Virus record (IMG/VR): IMGVR_UViG_3300048670_001104
DNA length: 64,000 nucleotides
From: a virus
Taxonomy: Duplodnaviria; Heunggongvirae; Uroviricota; Caudoviricetes
Reading direction: 5' to 3' (one strand)
Positions 35,390 through 45,576 of this stretch are shown here, one piece after another. The position numbers and the translations under genes are program-made. Under the pieces are notes generated by a model. The model was not told the origin of the DNA and made no database searches. It worked only from the letters and a program-made list of their open reading frames with translations. The stretch's first letter is position 1; every line of letters starts with the position of its first letter.

Positions 35390-35970
35390 CGAGTGGTTAT
35401 CACTTTGTCAGCCAGGCCATAGGCCACTGCTTCTTCCGCAGTCATAAAATTATCACGCTCCATGTCAGCTCGTAAAGTATCATATGATCGACCGGTGTGT
35501 GTGACATAGATATCAGTTAGAACTTTCTTCCAACGCAACAATTCGCGAGCTTGGATTTCCACATCTGTGGCCTGTCCTGATGCACCGCCCAAGGGTTGAT
35601 GGATCATGTGGCGTGCGTTGGGCAGGATATAGCGTTGGCCTTTGGCACCGGCGCTGGCCAACAACGAGCCCATCGATGCTGCTTGCCCCATAACAATGGT
35701 CATCACATCGGGCTTGATAAACTGCATGGTATCATAGATGGCCATGCCGGCTGTGACACTTCCACCCGGTGAATTGATATACAAGCTGATGGCTTTGTCA
35801 GGATTGTCTGCTTCCAAAAACAGCAACTGAGCGCACACCAGGCTGGCCGAGTGCCCATGCACTTCACCATCTAACATGATCACACGGTCGCGTAATAGCC
35901 GGCTGTAGATATCATAACTGCGTTCACCTTTGGAGGTTTGCTCGAGAACCATGGGCACTAGACTTGACAT
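35386..35970 (-). CDS. clpP: ATP-dependent Clp protease proteolytic subunit
   Basis: [26 protein letters not shown] aligns closely with mature E. coli ClpP. Ser-His-Asp triad context [14 protein letters not shown] present. AAGGAA RBS supports the start at 35970. Confidence 0.9.
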   Translation of the reverse strand: MSSLVPMVLEQTSKGERSYDIYSRLLRDRVIMLDGEVHGHSASLVCAQLLFLEADNPDKAISLYINSPGGSVTAGMAIYDTMQFIKPDVMTIVMGQAASMGSLLASAGAKGQRYILPNARHMIHQPLGGASGQATDVEIQARELLRWKKVLTDIYVTHTGRSYDTLRADMERDNFMTAEEAVAYGLADKVITTR

Positions 35971-36947
35971 AATATTCCTTGTTTGATTTTGATCCACTGA
36001 TGTTGTACATGATCAGTGAAGTGATGTTTATTATATAGGATTTTCTCCTGTAGAGCAAGATATTTGGCTTGCCAATATTGAGGAGTCTGTTCGCACAGCA
36101 CTATCAAAAAGTCAGCAAGGTTGTCCGGCGTTGACAGATCCAAATCCGTGATGTCTCGGAAGTCGGTCACATAGGATTCGAATCCATGATCTCGCAACCA
36201 CTGTGTGCCGCCGTCGGGGTCATACACCAAGAATGGCCTGCATCCCACCACAGGCTTATAAATTTTTTCACTCACAAATCCTGTTCGATTGATATCATAA
36301 AATGTTTCTGTCACAATGTTTACAAAATGTCGTTGCCAATTCTCGATGTGTCCCAAACTCACTATGTCATTTGGTATACCATAGTGGTCTCGTGATGCAT
36401 TGGGTGCCAGATTGTCGTGATCTGTATCAACCACCAGAGATCTTGTGGCAGTTCCAGAACCACCCATGCTGACCATGCCGTGTTGCAACAGATCAAGAGA
36501 CTGCAATTCGTTGTAGAGTTTTTGCCGGTGCCAGTGTGGTTTACGATTCAAACACATGTAGGCTGTGTCGATCTTGGATGCATCGGTCAGTTGATCCAGG
36601 GCCGGTGCATTTAGAAATTTGTCCACAAACACAGCACAAAAATCCAAAGAGTGATCTCCAGGATAATATCCCACCGAGACAACTTCACAGTCAAACTCAT
36701 CGTACCAGTCTGGTCTAGGAATGGCAGCATCGATCATGGCCACCAGCACAATCCTATCCAGTTGATTGTTTCTCAACCAAGCCAACACCTGCTGATGATA
36801 TTCAGTGGAATACCAAACTGAATTTATTACCACAGTGCGACTGGTGTCTCGAGCCATGTGCTGCAACAGATCATCAACTATGCTTTGTTCAAACTGTTTA
36901 AGGGGCCAAACTGATCCCCATCCATTGTCAAATTTTTTGATAATCAT
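35958..36947 (-). CDS. glycosyltransferase, GT10 (fucosyltransferase)-like C-terminal motif
   Basis: NIVTETFYD...[21 protein letters not shown], compared with the FucT motif E(N/T)...TEK...A...G.VPVV.G. Paralog of 36928..37974 and 54705..56042. Confidence 0.55.
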   Translation of the reverse strand: MIIKKFDNGWGSVWPLKQFEQSIVDDLLQHMARDTSRTVVINSVWYSTEYHQQVLAWLRNNQLDRIVLVAMIDAAIPRPDWYDEFDCEVVSVGYYPGDHSLDFCAVFVDKFLNAPALDQLTDASKIDTAYMCLNRKPHWHRQKLYNELQSLDLLQHGMVSMGGSGTATRSLVVDTDHDNLAPNASRDHYGIPNDIVSLGHIENWQRHFVNIVTETFYDINRTGFVSEKIYKPVVGCRPFLVYDPDGGTQWLRDHGFESYVTDFRDITDLDLSTPDNLADFLIVLCEQTPQYWQAKYLALQEKILYNKHHFTDHVQHQWIKIKQGILCQV

Positions 36948-37974
36948 GAGTTGTCAAATCAATCTGATGGGCACAAATCTTTTCAAGATGGCGGCGGTTG
37001 TACCGGGCAATTTCATGTGCCTGATCCAAAATCACATGTTGATCGCTGCGGCCGCGTTCCAACAGTGTGTTCATGCTTTTCCGCATGAGATGCCACCGTT
37101 CAGGGCCCTGATACAGGTCATAACTCTCATCCCAAATTTCATTATAGGTACGAAATCCCATACCACGCAATCTTGCAAGATAGTATCGCGGGCCGTAAAC
37201 CAGGATAGGTTTGGCAGCCATGAGTGGGCGAATGGTTTTTTCTGTAGGAAAAAAAGTATTGCCCTGTGTGTAGGTCTCACATACAATTTCCACAGCAAAC
37301 TGATCATAATATTGCAACAGACTGGCGTTGGTGTCGGCATATGACACAGGAGTGGCAAATTGATCTCTCACTGATTTAGAATCCACACTGGGTATGAGAC
37401 CTTTGTCAAACCAATCAAACATGTCCACTTGTTTATGCAGCGGTAACCAGTCAGATATGATGTCAAGATTACGCCGATGCTGATCAGACACCTTCCACGG
37501 AAATGGTTGTACATGTTGCATGAGACTGGCAAAAACTTGTGTGTGGATGGAACCGGTACCCGCAGGCATCAAGTTATACAGTATCGCTGCTCGGCTCATG
37601 GTCAATCGTCCGATGAATATGCCAAATGTTTGTTGATATTGTAATTGTTGTTCTAGGGTGGGTTCTGTGTGTTGCCAGTAATCTCGCACCATGGTAAAAA
37701 AATGGCTGAGGTCATTGCATGCAATTCGTCGATATGGCACGAATTCCACAGGATTGCTCCATCTCAACACATGCACAGTGTGCGGTGATTGTTGCCTATT
37801 TTTAAGCCAATCGTTTATCACTGCGGTGATGCCTAACAGTTCCAAGCTGGGCCCTTCGCTGCGTAGATCTAACACCAGTGGTTGTCCCTGGGGATGTTGA
37901 TTCAATTGCTGTTGGAATTGTGCTGGGTTGTTCCAGCAATCGCCATCAAATTCTACTGCTATGGGTTCTGTCAT
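36928..37974 (-). CDS. glycosyltransferase, GT10 (fucosyltransferase)-like C-terminal motif
   Basis: VEIVCETYTQGNTFFPTEKTIRPLMAAKPILVYGP...LRGMGFRTYNEIWDESYD. Confidence 0.55.
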   Translation of the reverse strand: MTEPIAVEFDGDCWNNPAQFQQQLNQHPQGQPLVLDLRSEGPSLELLGITAVINDWLKNRQQSPHTVHVLRWSNPVEFVPYRRIACNDLSHFFTMVRDYWQHTEPTLEQQLQYQQTFGIFIGRLTMSRAAILYNLMPAGTGSIHTQVFASLMQHVQPFPWKVSDQHRRNLDIISDWLPLHKQVDMFDWFDKGLIPSVDSKSVRDQFATPVSYADTNASLLQYYDQFAVEIVCETYTQGNTFFPTEKTIRPLMAAKPILVYGPRYYLARLRGMGFRTYNEIWDESYDLYQGPERWHLMRKSMNTLLERGRSDQHVILDQAHEIARYNRRHLEKICAHQIDLTTHDYQKI

Positions 37975-38002
37975 TTCAATACTTATGTGACACTAAATAC
38001 CA

Positions 38003-39578
38003 CATGAGAGATTTAATCAACGCACTTGATACCATAATAACTGAAGTGACCATCAGCAAACCCAAATATGGGCCCGGCACTCAATTTTCTGTGTCCACAG
38101 GATCAGAATCTGGGAAAAAGTTACTAGGATTGTTACAGCAACAAGGATTTGATGCTACCCCACCCATGACCAGACAAGATGCCGACGAAATGAGCGAAGA
38201 AGATATCCTAAATCTTCCCACAGTCTCATATGGAAAGGGCAGTGACGGTTATATTTTTTCTAACAATGCCGGACAAACTGTTTTGATTACTGGCAGTGCC
38301 AGCACTATTGGGCCGGCGTTCAATGCGTATACCGGGGCCACCGCCGATTCCGATGTTGGAAAAATTGCCAATCGCGGCGAGACAGCTGAAGGTATCCTGG
38401 GTGCTGCAATGTTTGCTAAATTTACCAAACGCGAACCTGATGAAGACATTGGCACAGTGACCCCTCAAGACATCAGCAATGTACTTGACAGTTTGCAACA
38501 AACTGGTGAAGATCAGTATCAAGTGGAAGTAGAAGATTTTGATAACAAACACGCAGATGTGATTTCATTTGTGCTGAGACTTAAATCTGGGCCGTATCAG
38601 GATCTCATGGATCCGGACAAACGCCCATTGTTGGCCAGTGAATTTAGTAGTGCTGCCGCTTACGTAAACAGTTCTGATGCTGAACGATACAGCAAGTATT
38701 TTTATATCAATGGCCGGTCAGACCAGATCGTGATCATGGCCGACGGCGTCACAGGTGAAAAAGAACAAAAGACCGATGTGTGGGTATATGTCACAGATGA
38801 GGATGGCCAGCCACGCAAACTCAGACTCAATACCAGCTTGAAGGTAGGTGGTATTAAACAGTTTGGACAGGTGGGTGGCGATAGTGAAGAAACTCAAGAA
38901 ACCTTGTGGAACTACTTTGGAATCAATGTAGGTCCTGCGTTGGCTAAATTTGCCAAAGCAAGAAAATCCAATTCACCAACAGCAACAAGAGATGCATTCA
39001 AACAAATGTATCAATACGCTGCCAACCAACTAGACCAAAAACTGCAAAACGCCAGCCCCAAAGATGAGGCCAACATACTGGACGGCATCGCCAATGGCAT
39101 CACACATTTTGCTACCCTGGGTGATCCTAATGTTGAACTTGTGGACTTTAGTGATGGTGGATTTAAAATTTTGAGATTCAACAAGTTGGTTGAAAAATTG
39201 AAAAATGTAGATCTCGAAGCCACCTATTCCGATAGCAAACCACAAAAAAATGGACCGGATCGAGAAACTTGGCCTGAGGTTCAGATACATGAACGCGACA
39301 ATCCTAAGAACAAACTACTGACCATCAGGATGAAAATAGAGAATAAACCCAACGGTGGTATCTATGTTCGCAACTACATTGAAAAAGGGCCGCTGTTGGA
39401 AAAACTCACTGAGTATCGAAAAGCCAGTTGGGATAGATCCCCGGCTGCTACCGGTGCTGATGAACTAGATGCAGTGACCAGCACACCAAGACTCACCGGC
39501 CCAGGTGCTAAAGCAGCAAGAACCAGCCACGAACCCAGGATGGATCGTGCCACACTGGGTAGAAACTACAAAGGATGA
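38003..39578 (+). CDS. hypothetical large protein (523 aa)
   Basis: Plus-strand ORF. Start set at the first Met that avoids overlap with the minus-strand GT gene. CTAAATA sits immediately upstream. Lies upstream of the LysM-M23 gene. Confidence 0.5.
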
Positions 39579-39582
39579 AAAT

Positions 39583-40791
39583 ATGAAAGCACATGAATTT
39601 TTAGCAGAAGCAGATTCTACCAAATCTTACGAAATTAAACGAGGTGATACTTTGAGTCGGATAGCAAGAGATAACTCAACCACAGTGAATGCCATCATGG
39701 ATCTCAACCGAGATAACCGAGCCATAAGAGATCGTGACACCATCTATGCCGGCGGCACTATAAAGATACCCACCACATCAACTGGCACTGATTCAGATGC
39801 CCGAATCAAACGTCAAGGAGCAACATCAGCTGACAAATCAGATACGGTTGCCAAGATAGGCAATCAAGAATTTCCACTCACAAAAGGTCCCGACGCGCCC
39901 GGTGCCAATGATGACATGGGCGGAGATAATTTTGGAATCGACGATACCGAATGGGAGTTTCCCACTGTTGAACTGGGATTTGGTGATCCTGGATATGCTC
40001 CGTTGACCGGAAAAACCCACGTAGAAAGACGCCCTGACGGTAATTGGTATTACACTAGCAATGGAGTGATGGCCAAGCCCGATGTGGCACGATTTGCTGA
40101 AAAAAGGTTTAACGGTCTCTACGTGGTCAAATCGAAAGACATAGGCAGTCAGAAGTTCCCAATGACCAAGGGCCCGGGTGTTGATAAATCAAAAGCATCT
40201 AGTCCAGATCAAAGCGACGCTGAAACCGAACGTCTTGCTAGGATGAATGCTCTAAAGACAAAATCTGCTGTCAAACCGCCTGCCAAGCCCGAGAAGGATC
40301 AAGGCGATAAAACCAAAAAACGATCTACATACATGCCGCCGGATCAAGAAGACATATCTCCCATAGCCACAGACGGCTGGCTCACTGATAAATTTGGATC
40401 TAGTAGAGTTGGCAGAAAAAGCGGACACGAAGGCATTGACTTACATGCACCGATAGGCACTCCGGTCCTGGCCCCAAACAATGCCAAGGTGCTCAGTGTT
40501 GGTAATGATTACAGTCGAGGTAAGTTTATCATCCTAGGAGATGACCGAGATAATCCCACACATCAGTTTATGCACCTCGACAAAACAGACCAGGTAAAAC
40601 AAGGCGACTATGTATACAAAGGCGATGTTATAGCTACATCGGGCAATACAGGATACAGAGAGAGAATCGATCCATCGGTACAAGGAGGAAAACTCCGTGT
40701 ACGAGTAGATCCTCATCTGCATTGGACAAAATATGTCAACGGAGAGAAAGTGGATGCATCTAAATTTGTAAAATTACCAACCAAACCCTAA
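39583..40791 (+). CDS. LysM domain + M23 metallopeptidase (peptidoglycan hydrolase)
   Basis: LysM: YEIKRGDTLSRIARDNSTTVNAIMDLN...GGTIKIP. M23: HEGIDLHAPIGTPVLAP...HLDK...GNTGY...PHLHW. AAGGA RBS. Confidence 0.8.
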   Translation: MKAHEFLAEADSTKSYEIKRGDTLSRIARDNSTTVNAIMDLNRDNRAIRDRDTIYAGGTIKIPTTSTGTDSDARIKRQGATSADKSDTVAKIGNQEFPLTKGPDAPGANDDMGGDNFGIDDTEWEFPTVELGFGDPGYAPLTGKTHVERRPDGNWYYTSNGVMAKPDVARFAEKRFNGLYVVKSKDIGSQKFPMTKGPGVDKSKASSPDQSDAETERLARMNALKTKSAVKPPAKPEKDQGDKTKKRSTYMPPDQEDISPIATDGWLTDKFGSSRVGRKSGHEGIDLHAPIGTPVLAPNNAKVLSVGNDYSRGKFIILGDDRDNPTHQFMHLDKTDQVKQGDYVYKGDVIATSGNTGYRERIDPSVQGGKLRVRVDPHLHWTKYVNGEKVDASKFVKLPTKP

Positions 40792-41367
40792 TCAGATAGA
40801 GGATATCTGATCGCAGATGTTGTAGGCCAATGCTTCTTCTGCTGTGAGCCAAACATCGTGCGGTGGTAACAAGGTCTTCCTGATTTCATCTTCACGCAAT
40901 CCTGTGCATTCTCGATAGTGTGCTACCATGCGTTTTTGTGTGAGTTCAAACTCCTTGATGGTGGCAAACAATTCATGCACCTTGCCATCTGTGCCCCAGC
41001 TGAACTGATGACTCATGATTGAGGTATTGGGAGTCAAGGTTCGTCGGCCAGGAGATCCTGCCAAGAAGATCATGAGCCCTGCTGATTGTATCTGGCCCAG
41101 CCCCACAGTCTTGATGTAGATCTTGCTGCTACGCATCACGTCAATCAGCGCAAAAGCGGCACTCATGTCACCGCCATCGCTACAGATCATCAACAGCAGT
41201 TCTCGTTTCTTTTTCTTGGCCACGAGATTCTCATGCAAGATCCATTCAATAACCGGGGCGATGGTTTCATTGCTCACATCGCCCATGAACACATACACAC
41301 CATGATCGTGTAAGGCATCATGGTGTGTGCGTTCTATGACTTCATTGCTGTCGGAATGAAGAGCCAT
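40792..41367 (-). CDS. ClpP-like protease subunit (second paralog)
   Basis: ICSDGGDMSAAFALIDVM...GQIQSAGLMIF (active-site Ser context) ...SHQFSWG (His) ...PHDVWLTAEEALAYNICDQI. Confidence 0.78.
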   Translation of the reverse strand: MALHSDSNEVIERTHHDALHDHGVYVFMGDVSNETIAPVIEWILHENLVAKKKKRELLLMICSDGGDMSAAFALIDVMRSSKIYIKTVGLGQIQSAGLMIFLAGSPGRRTLTPNTSIMSHQFSWGTDGKVHELFATIKEFELTQKRMVAHYRECTGLREDEIRKTLLPPHDVWLTAEEALAYNICDQISSI

Positions 41368-41371
41368 GGCA

Positions 41372-41938
41372 TCACTTCAGGGCGTTGTCAAGATCTCGGA
41401 ACGCTTCGGCACTGCGGCCCTTGGCCAGGCGGGCGGCCTCTAATCGGTCCTTGCGTTTCTGCAACAGGTTGGCGTCACCTGTGGGCAATGCTACCAACAC
41501 ATAGGTGCGATAGCGACTGCCTTCGGTGATGTGCTTGATCTCACGCACTTCGGTACCAGTGATGTCCACCGAGGGGCATATGGCCTTGATGGCCAGTTCA
41601 GAAGTTTCAGTGCTGTACTCACCGCTGTCTTGCATGAACACCTTGCCTTGCTGTTCAATCTTGCCACCTGCGGCAATACAGATCTTGCCATATGCAAACA
41701 TCTTGGCCTTCCACTCACTCATGCTGAAATCATTGCTCACCGCGGCTCCGGTAGCAAACACAGCATTGTCGCTGTTGGGCATGGATTTCATCCACTTGGG
41801 AATATTGTCCACAGTGACTGCCACGATCTTTTCTTGGCGTTGATTTTCATCGTAGGCCTTTTTCTCGTAGTTTTCCTTGGGAACCGAGTTACAAGCAGCC
41901 AAACTGGCCACCACGGCTAATGCAATAATATTTTTCAT
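41372..41938 (-). CDS. lipoprotein (LPP20-like)
   Basis: Lipobox VASLAACN. 188 aa. Confidence 0.5.
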   Translation of the reverse strand: MKNIIALAVVASLAACNSVPKENYEKKAYDENQRQEKIVAVTVDNIPKWMKSMPNSDNAVFATGAAVSNDFSMSEWKAKMFAYGKICIAAGGKIEQQGKVFMQDSGEYSTETSELAIKAICPSVDITGTEVREIKHITEGSRYRTYVLVALPTGDANLLQKRKDRLEAARLAKGRSAEAFRDLDNALK

Positions 41939-41947
41939 TTCAAGTCC

Positions 41948-42076
41948 TTACTTTGATTTAATCCAGTCACCGGCTTTGGAAAGATCCTGACCAGCACCAC
42001 TAATTGCTCCACCAAGGGTACCACAGGCGGAGAGCAAGGCCGCTACCATGATCACTAACACAAAACTACCTTTCAT
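41948..42076 (-). CDS. entericidin-like small lipoprotein (42 aa)
   Basis: Hand-translated: MKGSFVLVIMVAALLSACGTLGGAISGAGQDLSKAGDWIKSK. Lipobox LSAC. AAGGA RBS. Own promoter. Confidence 0.5.
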   Translation of the reverse strand: MKGSFVLVIMVAALLSACGTLGGAISGAGQDLSKAGDWIKSK

Positions 42077-42110
42077 ATCTGTCCTTTCAGATCAAGAGTT
42101 GGAAAAACAT

Positions 42111-42140
42111 ACTATAGCACATGAATCAGAACTTGTCAAC
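42111..42140 (-). promoter_or_regulatory. sigma70-type promoter TTGACA-N18-TATAGT
   Basis: Plus strand actatagcac...ttgtcaacc. Confidence 0.55.
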
Positions 42141-42689
42141 CACCACCCACTTGGAATTGTGGATCTCACAGATGATGCCCTGCCAGGTTCTCACATCCCG
42201 CCCGGTGAAGCCAGTGTCCAAGAACCAACGGCACCGAGTACCATTGTACCAAAATTCACGTGGATAATCTGGGTGCGGTCGGAACTGGGCCAAGTCCGCC
42301 ACTGTGCCTGGATTGGCCTGTCGTATGGTGTCCAGGGTGTGATCGTCTCGGCAGATCAGAATCTTTTCCGAAATCACTTTGCTGGCAGCCACTTGCTCTC
42401 GTACCGAATCTTCAGCACGTTTCACAGCCACAGCACAGGCAGAATCTCTTGGTGTGTTTCCGGGCCACGCATATTCACCGTTGGCAGTGTACCAGGCAGC
42501 ACCAACTCGGGCACGAAAGGTCACTAGACATCGTTTTCCGCCTGTGGGTTCAGGCACCACTGTGGCTGTGAGTTGTGTGCGTTCAGAGATCACTGCTGAA
42601 CTCTGACTCACAGTCTTGTCCTGCAACACACACTGATCAGCATGGGCAGTGGCTGCTGCCATGACCACTGCGGATAGAAGATTCTTCAT
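42126..42689 (-). CDS. hypothetical secreted protein
   Basis: Signal peptide MKNLLSAVVMAAATAHA. 187 aa. Confidence 0.5.
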   Translation of the reverse strand: MKNLLSAVVMAAATAHADQCVLQDKTVSQSSAVISERTQLTATVVPEPTGGKRCLVTFRARVGAAWYTANGEYAWPGNTPRDSACAVAVKRAEDSVREQVAASKVISEKILICRDDHTLDTIRQANPGTVADLAQFRPHPDYPREFWYNGTRCRWFLDTGFTGRDVRTWQGIICEIHNSKWVVVDKF

Positions 42690-42694
42690 CTCAT

Positions 42695-43045
42695 TCACTT
42701 CTTTTTTGTAGGGCAATAATTGATCAGATTCTGTATCTTATAATCAATAAAGGCATCGGTCATCCCGTTCCCCTGATAGTGGTTGTCGGCATACTGATCA
42801 GGATCTGTAACTTTCAACCAGGGTTGAAAGATATTTTTCAACTTGGCCAATGAACGATCATCTCTGGTGCTCCGCATGCTGTCCAGCATCACTATCTGTT
42901 CATTTCTCTTGGAGCAATCAACTTGAAAGGTATTGATATCGCCGAACCCCATCTGACGAGATGCAGGAGCAGCACAACCACTACACAGGATTGCAAGCGT
43001 AGCGCACATTCCAAATGCGAGCACGGATCTGTAAGGCATATTCAT
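42695..43045 (-). CDS. putative lipoprotein
   Basis: MNMPYRSVLAFGMCATLAILCSGC lipobox. Start uncertain because of overlap with the 42981 gene. Confidence 0.4.
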   Translation of the reverse strand: MNMPYRSVLAFGMCATLAILCSGCAAPASRQMGFGDINTFQVDCSKRNEQIVMLDSMRSTRDDRSLAKLKNIFQPWLKVTDPDQYADNHYQGNGMTDAFIDYKIQNLINYCPTKKK

Positions 43046-43199
43046 TTGATTCCTTGGGTAATTGATTTTCGAGCCAGCGTATGATTCCATATTGATTTGC
43101 ACAGTCATTGGGTATTGTACTCACATCCACAGGTGGTGATAACCTGGGTCCAAAGTTGCTGCACCCTGCCAACAGCAGCACTATCAAGACGTATCTCAT
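42981..43199 (-). CDS. putative lipoprotein
   Basis: MRYVLIVLLLAGCS lipobox. ATGA junction with the upstream RHH gene. Confidence 0.45.
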   Translation of the reverse strand: MRYVLIVLLLAGCSNFGPRLSPPVDVSTIPNDCANQYGIIRWLENQLPKESNEYALQIRARIWNVRYACNPV

Positions 43200-43351
43200 G
43201 GCACACTGGTTTCCTGATCCAGGTATTCTCGCAGGATCCGTTCGATCATCTGGTTCAGTGTGATATCATGCTCATGCGCCTTTAGCATCAGTTGATACAA
43301 GAGATCTTCATCAAGATCAATTTCAATGGTCACACGGTTATCTTGAGTCAT
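43196..43351 (-). CDS. ribbon-helix-helix (CopG/Arc-like) small protein (51 aa)
   Basis: Hand-translated: MTQDNRVTIEIDLDEDLLYQLMLKAHEHDITLNQMIERILREYLDQETSVP. Beta strand followed by two helices, typical of RHH. Confidence 0.45.
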   Translation of the reverse strand: MTQDNRVTIEIDLDEDLLYQLMLKAHEHDITLNQMIERILREYLDQETSVP

Positions 43352-43572
43352 GCTTTGCCTTTCAAATCTTCCACACGAGCATTTATGCAGGTGCCTTCCA
43401 GTGTTGAGATCTTGCCTTGATTGGCCCGTTCGGCTACTTCAATCATGTGAACTTTTTGAGTGTCAATGCTGGCTCGGCATTGTGCCTCTGACTTGTAATG
43501 AATCTGTGCCTGCATGAAATTGCAGTTGCTGTTGAAGCACACGAACAGCACAGGTATGAAAATTTCAATCAT
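43348..43572 (-). CDS. small secreted protein
   Basis: Signal-like MIEIFIPVLFVCFNSNC. 74 aa. Confidence 0.4.
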   Translation of the reverse strand: MIEIFIPVLFVCFNSNCNFMQAQIHYKSEAQCRASIDTQKVHMIEVAERANQGKISTLEGTCINARVEDLKGKA

Positions 43573-43583
43573 TTTTAGGATCC

Positions 43584-43697
43584 ATCAAAAAGCAAGACAA
43601 GATATACAATAAAACACAGGCCGAAATTAACAGTTACAGCAACCAGGGCTGTCATGAAGTATTGTGGCAGTGTGAATGCAGAGAAGAGTTTTTTCAT
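43584..43697 (-). CDS. small hydrophobic peptide (37 aa, tentative)
   Basis: MKKLFSAFTLPQYFMTALVAVTVNFGPVFYCISCLAF. ATGA junction with the upstream stop. Confidence 0.25.
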
Positions 43698-43861
43698 TGT
43701 TCATACCTTTGGTTAACATGTTTGGGGCGGCGTTGATAACGCACTTTGCTCTGCTCCACCCGCCCACGGAATGGAGTATCGCGCGAATACAACTCCACAG
43801 CACGACGGCGCTGTCGAGGCAGTTGAATCACAAAACTAGTTGGTGTCATCTTTGCATCCAT
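43694..43861 (-). CDS. small basic protein
   Basis: 55 aa from MDAKM. Downstream of the promoter at 43884..43912. Confidence 0.4.
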   Translation of the reverse strand: MDAKMTPTSFVIQLPRQRRRAVELYSRDTPFRGRVEQSKVRYQRRPKHVNQRYEQ

Positions 43862-43883
43862 AAAAAATCCGGTCCATGCTGTT

Positions 43884-43912
43884 ATTATAGCAGGAACCGG
43901 ATTAGTGGTCAA
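43884..43912 (-). promoter_or_regulatory. sigma70-type promoter TTGACC-N17-TATAAT
   Basis: Plus strand gttattatagcag...ggtcaacc. Confidence 0.7.
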
Positions 43913-43930
43913 CCAGTTTTTGTACGGTTT

Positions 43931-44044
43931 TTAGTCCATGAGTCGTCGGGCGCCTTCGTGATCTCCGCGCTGGGCCAATATTGCAGCAGCACGAGCACGG
44001 CCCATTTCTATCAGAAAATAGTAAATGGATTGAAGAAACTTCAT
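43931..44044 (-). CDS. small protein (37 aa, tentative)
   Basis: MKFLQSIYYFLIEMGRARAAAILAQRGDHEGARRLMD. ATGA junction with the upstream stop. Confidence 0.3.
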   Translation of the reverse strand: MKFLQSIYYFLIEMGRARAAAILAQRGDHEGARRLMD

Positions 44045-44226
44045 ATCATCCAACTCTTGTTGCGAGCTGAATACATCAGTTCGAATCTGCGCTCCAGTGC
44101 TTCCACTTGCTGAATTGTGGTAGGACGGTGTGACAAGATGTACTGTTCCATTCTGGTTCCATAGTGCTGTGGCTCACTGAACCAATCCACAGCTCGTTTG
44201 ACATAGTCTCTCAGTGTCGTGAACAT
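44041..44226 (-). CDS. hypothetical protein
   Basis: 61-aa ORF. Confidence 0.45.
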   Translation of the reverse strand: MFTTLRDYVKRAVDWFSEPQHYGTRMEQYILSHRPTTIQQVEALERRFELMYSARNKSWMI

Positions 44227-44227
44227 G

Positions 44228-44509
44228 TTATGCTCCTTTGGTATGTGCGTTGGCCTGATATGCTTTCATAATGCCTTCGCCAAATTTGGCGTAATCAAAC
44301 TTGGCAGCTTCACGCAGAACCTTCTGGGTTTCTTGCATGATTTCAGTGGCTGCGTCTGTAGTGGCTCGGACGGCCTTTTTGGTGTAATCAGCCTGGGTGT
44401 CAATGAAATGATTCATGGACTCGGCGATGTGCTCGTTGGTGACGAAAGTCTTGACGAATTGTTTTTTACTGTTTTGAACAGTGTCGATCAGGGTGTCTGC
44501 TGTGAACAT
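44228..44509 (-). CDS. hypothetical protein
   Basis: 93 aa. AAGGAG RBS. Its 5' leader is homologous to the hsp20 leader. Confidence 0.55.
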   Translation of the reverse strand: MFTADTLIDTVQNSKKQFVKTFVTNEHIAESMNHFIDTQADYTKKAVRATTDAATEIMQETQKVLREAAKFDYAKFGEGIMKAYQANAHTKGA

Positions 44510-44571
44510 GGGTTTCTCCTTAGATAAGCAAGTAGACTATAGGACCCGCACCATGCAGCATCCTATGTGCT

Positions 44572-44600
44572 ATTATATATGACAAATTGCGGCAATGCAA
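44572..44600 (-). promoter_or_regulatory. sigma70-type promoter TTGCAT-N17-TATAAT
   Basis: Minus-strand reading of gctattatatat...atgcaa. Confidence 0.6.
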
Positions 44601-44639
44601 CATTTAAGGCGGTATTATGTCATATTTAATAAATAAAAT

Positions 44640-45134
44640 ATGAGTGATTTGCCCGAAATTCAATATTGTGCATTGCCCGAGTGCAATAAACCATTTTCCA
44701 ACTGGCGGAGCAAATGCTGCTGTAAAAGTCATCAGGGCAGATATTCTGCAAAAATGAGATGGGGGACGCTCAATGAACCTGACCGTCCAAAACAGCGATC
44801 AAAAAGTTATGAGTTGGCGATTCAGACCAATACTCCATTTATACCAAAACAGAAATTATCACAAGATCAAAAAAAAGCAAAGTGGGCTGCATATGTGGTC
44901 GCACGCCGACGATTGCGTGATAAATCTATGCCAACCTGGGCTAACAAAGAAAAAATAAACGAAATATATCTACAAGCGAGAGAACTGACCGCACTTACTG
45001 GTATCAGGCACGAGGTAGATCATATTGTCCCAACTAAACACGAATTAGTGTGCGGATTACATTGTGAGTTTAATTTGCAAATTTTGCCAAAGAATCAAAA
45101 TCGACAAAAATCAAATAAATTTGCTATAGAATAA
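44640..45134 (+). CDS. HNH homing endonuclease
   Basis: C-terminal HEVDHIVP...CGLHCEFNLQILPKNQNRQKSN (H-N-H). Zinc-finger-like N-terminus CALPECNKPF...CCCKSH. Opposite strand to the preceding block. Confidence 0.8.
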   Translation: MSDLPEIQYCALPECNKPFSNWRSKCCCKSHQGRYSAKMRWGTLNEPDRPKQRSKSYELAIQTNTPFIPKQKLSQDQKKAKWAAYVVARRRLRDKSMPTWANKEKINEIYLQARELTALTGIRHEVDHIVPTKHELVCGLHCEFNLQILPKNQNRQKSNKFAIE

Positions 45135-45165
45135 TACACCAATAAATATCTCATAGGAGACACCC

Positions 45166-45555
45166 ATGTTCAAGAAAATCGTAGAATTCTTTACCGGAAA
45201 GAAACCAGAAAGCAGTTTTGCTCATCCTCTGGATGCAGTGACCACGCCCAATGTGCCGCAAGCACCGTACAAAGTGGAACCACCTGCCGCCACAACACCG
45301 ATTCCATATGTTCCGGCCAACGAACCACCCAAGTGCGGTTGCGGTCGTAGTGCCACAGGATACTGTGTTGGCCTACACAAACTCACACCCGAACAATGGG
45401 CAACCAGCACCAGCAACCCCGACTATGTGACCAAAGTAGTTGTGCCTGAACCTCAAAAGAAGCCACGCAAACCTGCTGTGAAAAAGCCTGCTGTGATCAA
45501 GGCACCCGCTACCAAAGCACCAGCAAAGCCTCGAGCAAAGAAGACTCCACAATAA
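45166..45555 (+). CDS. hypothetical protein with P/K-rich basic C-terminal tail
   Basis: 129 aa. AGGAGA RBS. ATAAATA motif 18 nt upstream. Confidence 0.5.
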   Translation: MFKKIVEFFTGKKPESSFAHPLDAVTTPNVPQAPYKVEPPAATTPIPYVPANEPPKCGCGRSATGYCVGLHKLTPEQWATSTSNPDYVTKVVVPEPQKKPRKPAVKKPAVIKAPATKAPAKPRAKKTPQ

Positions 45556-45576
45556 CCTGATAGATTTAAAATAACA

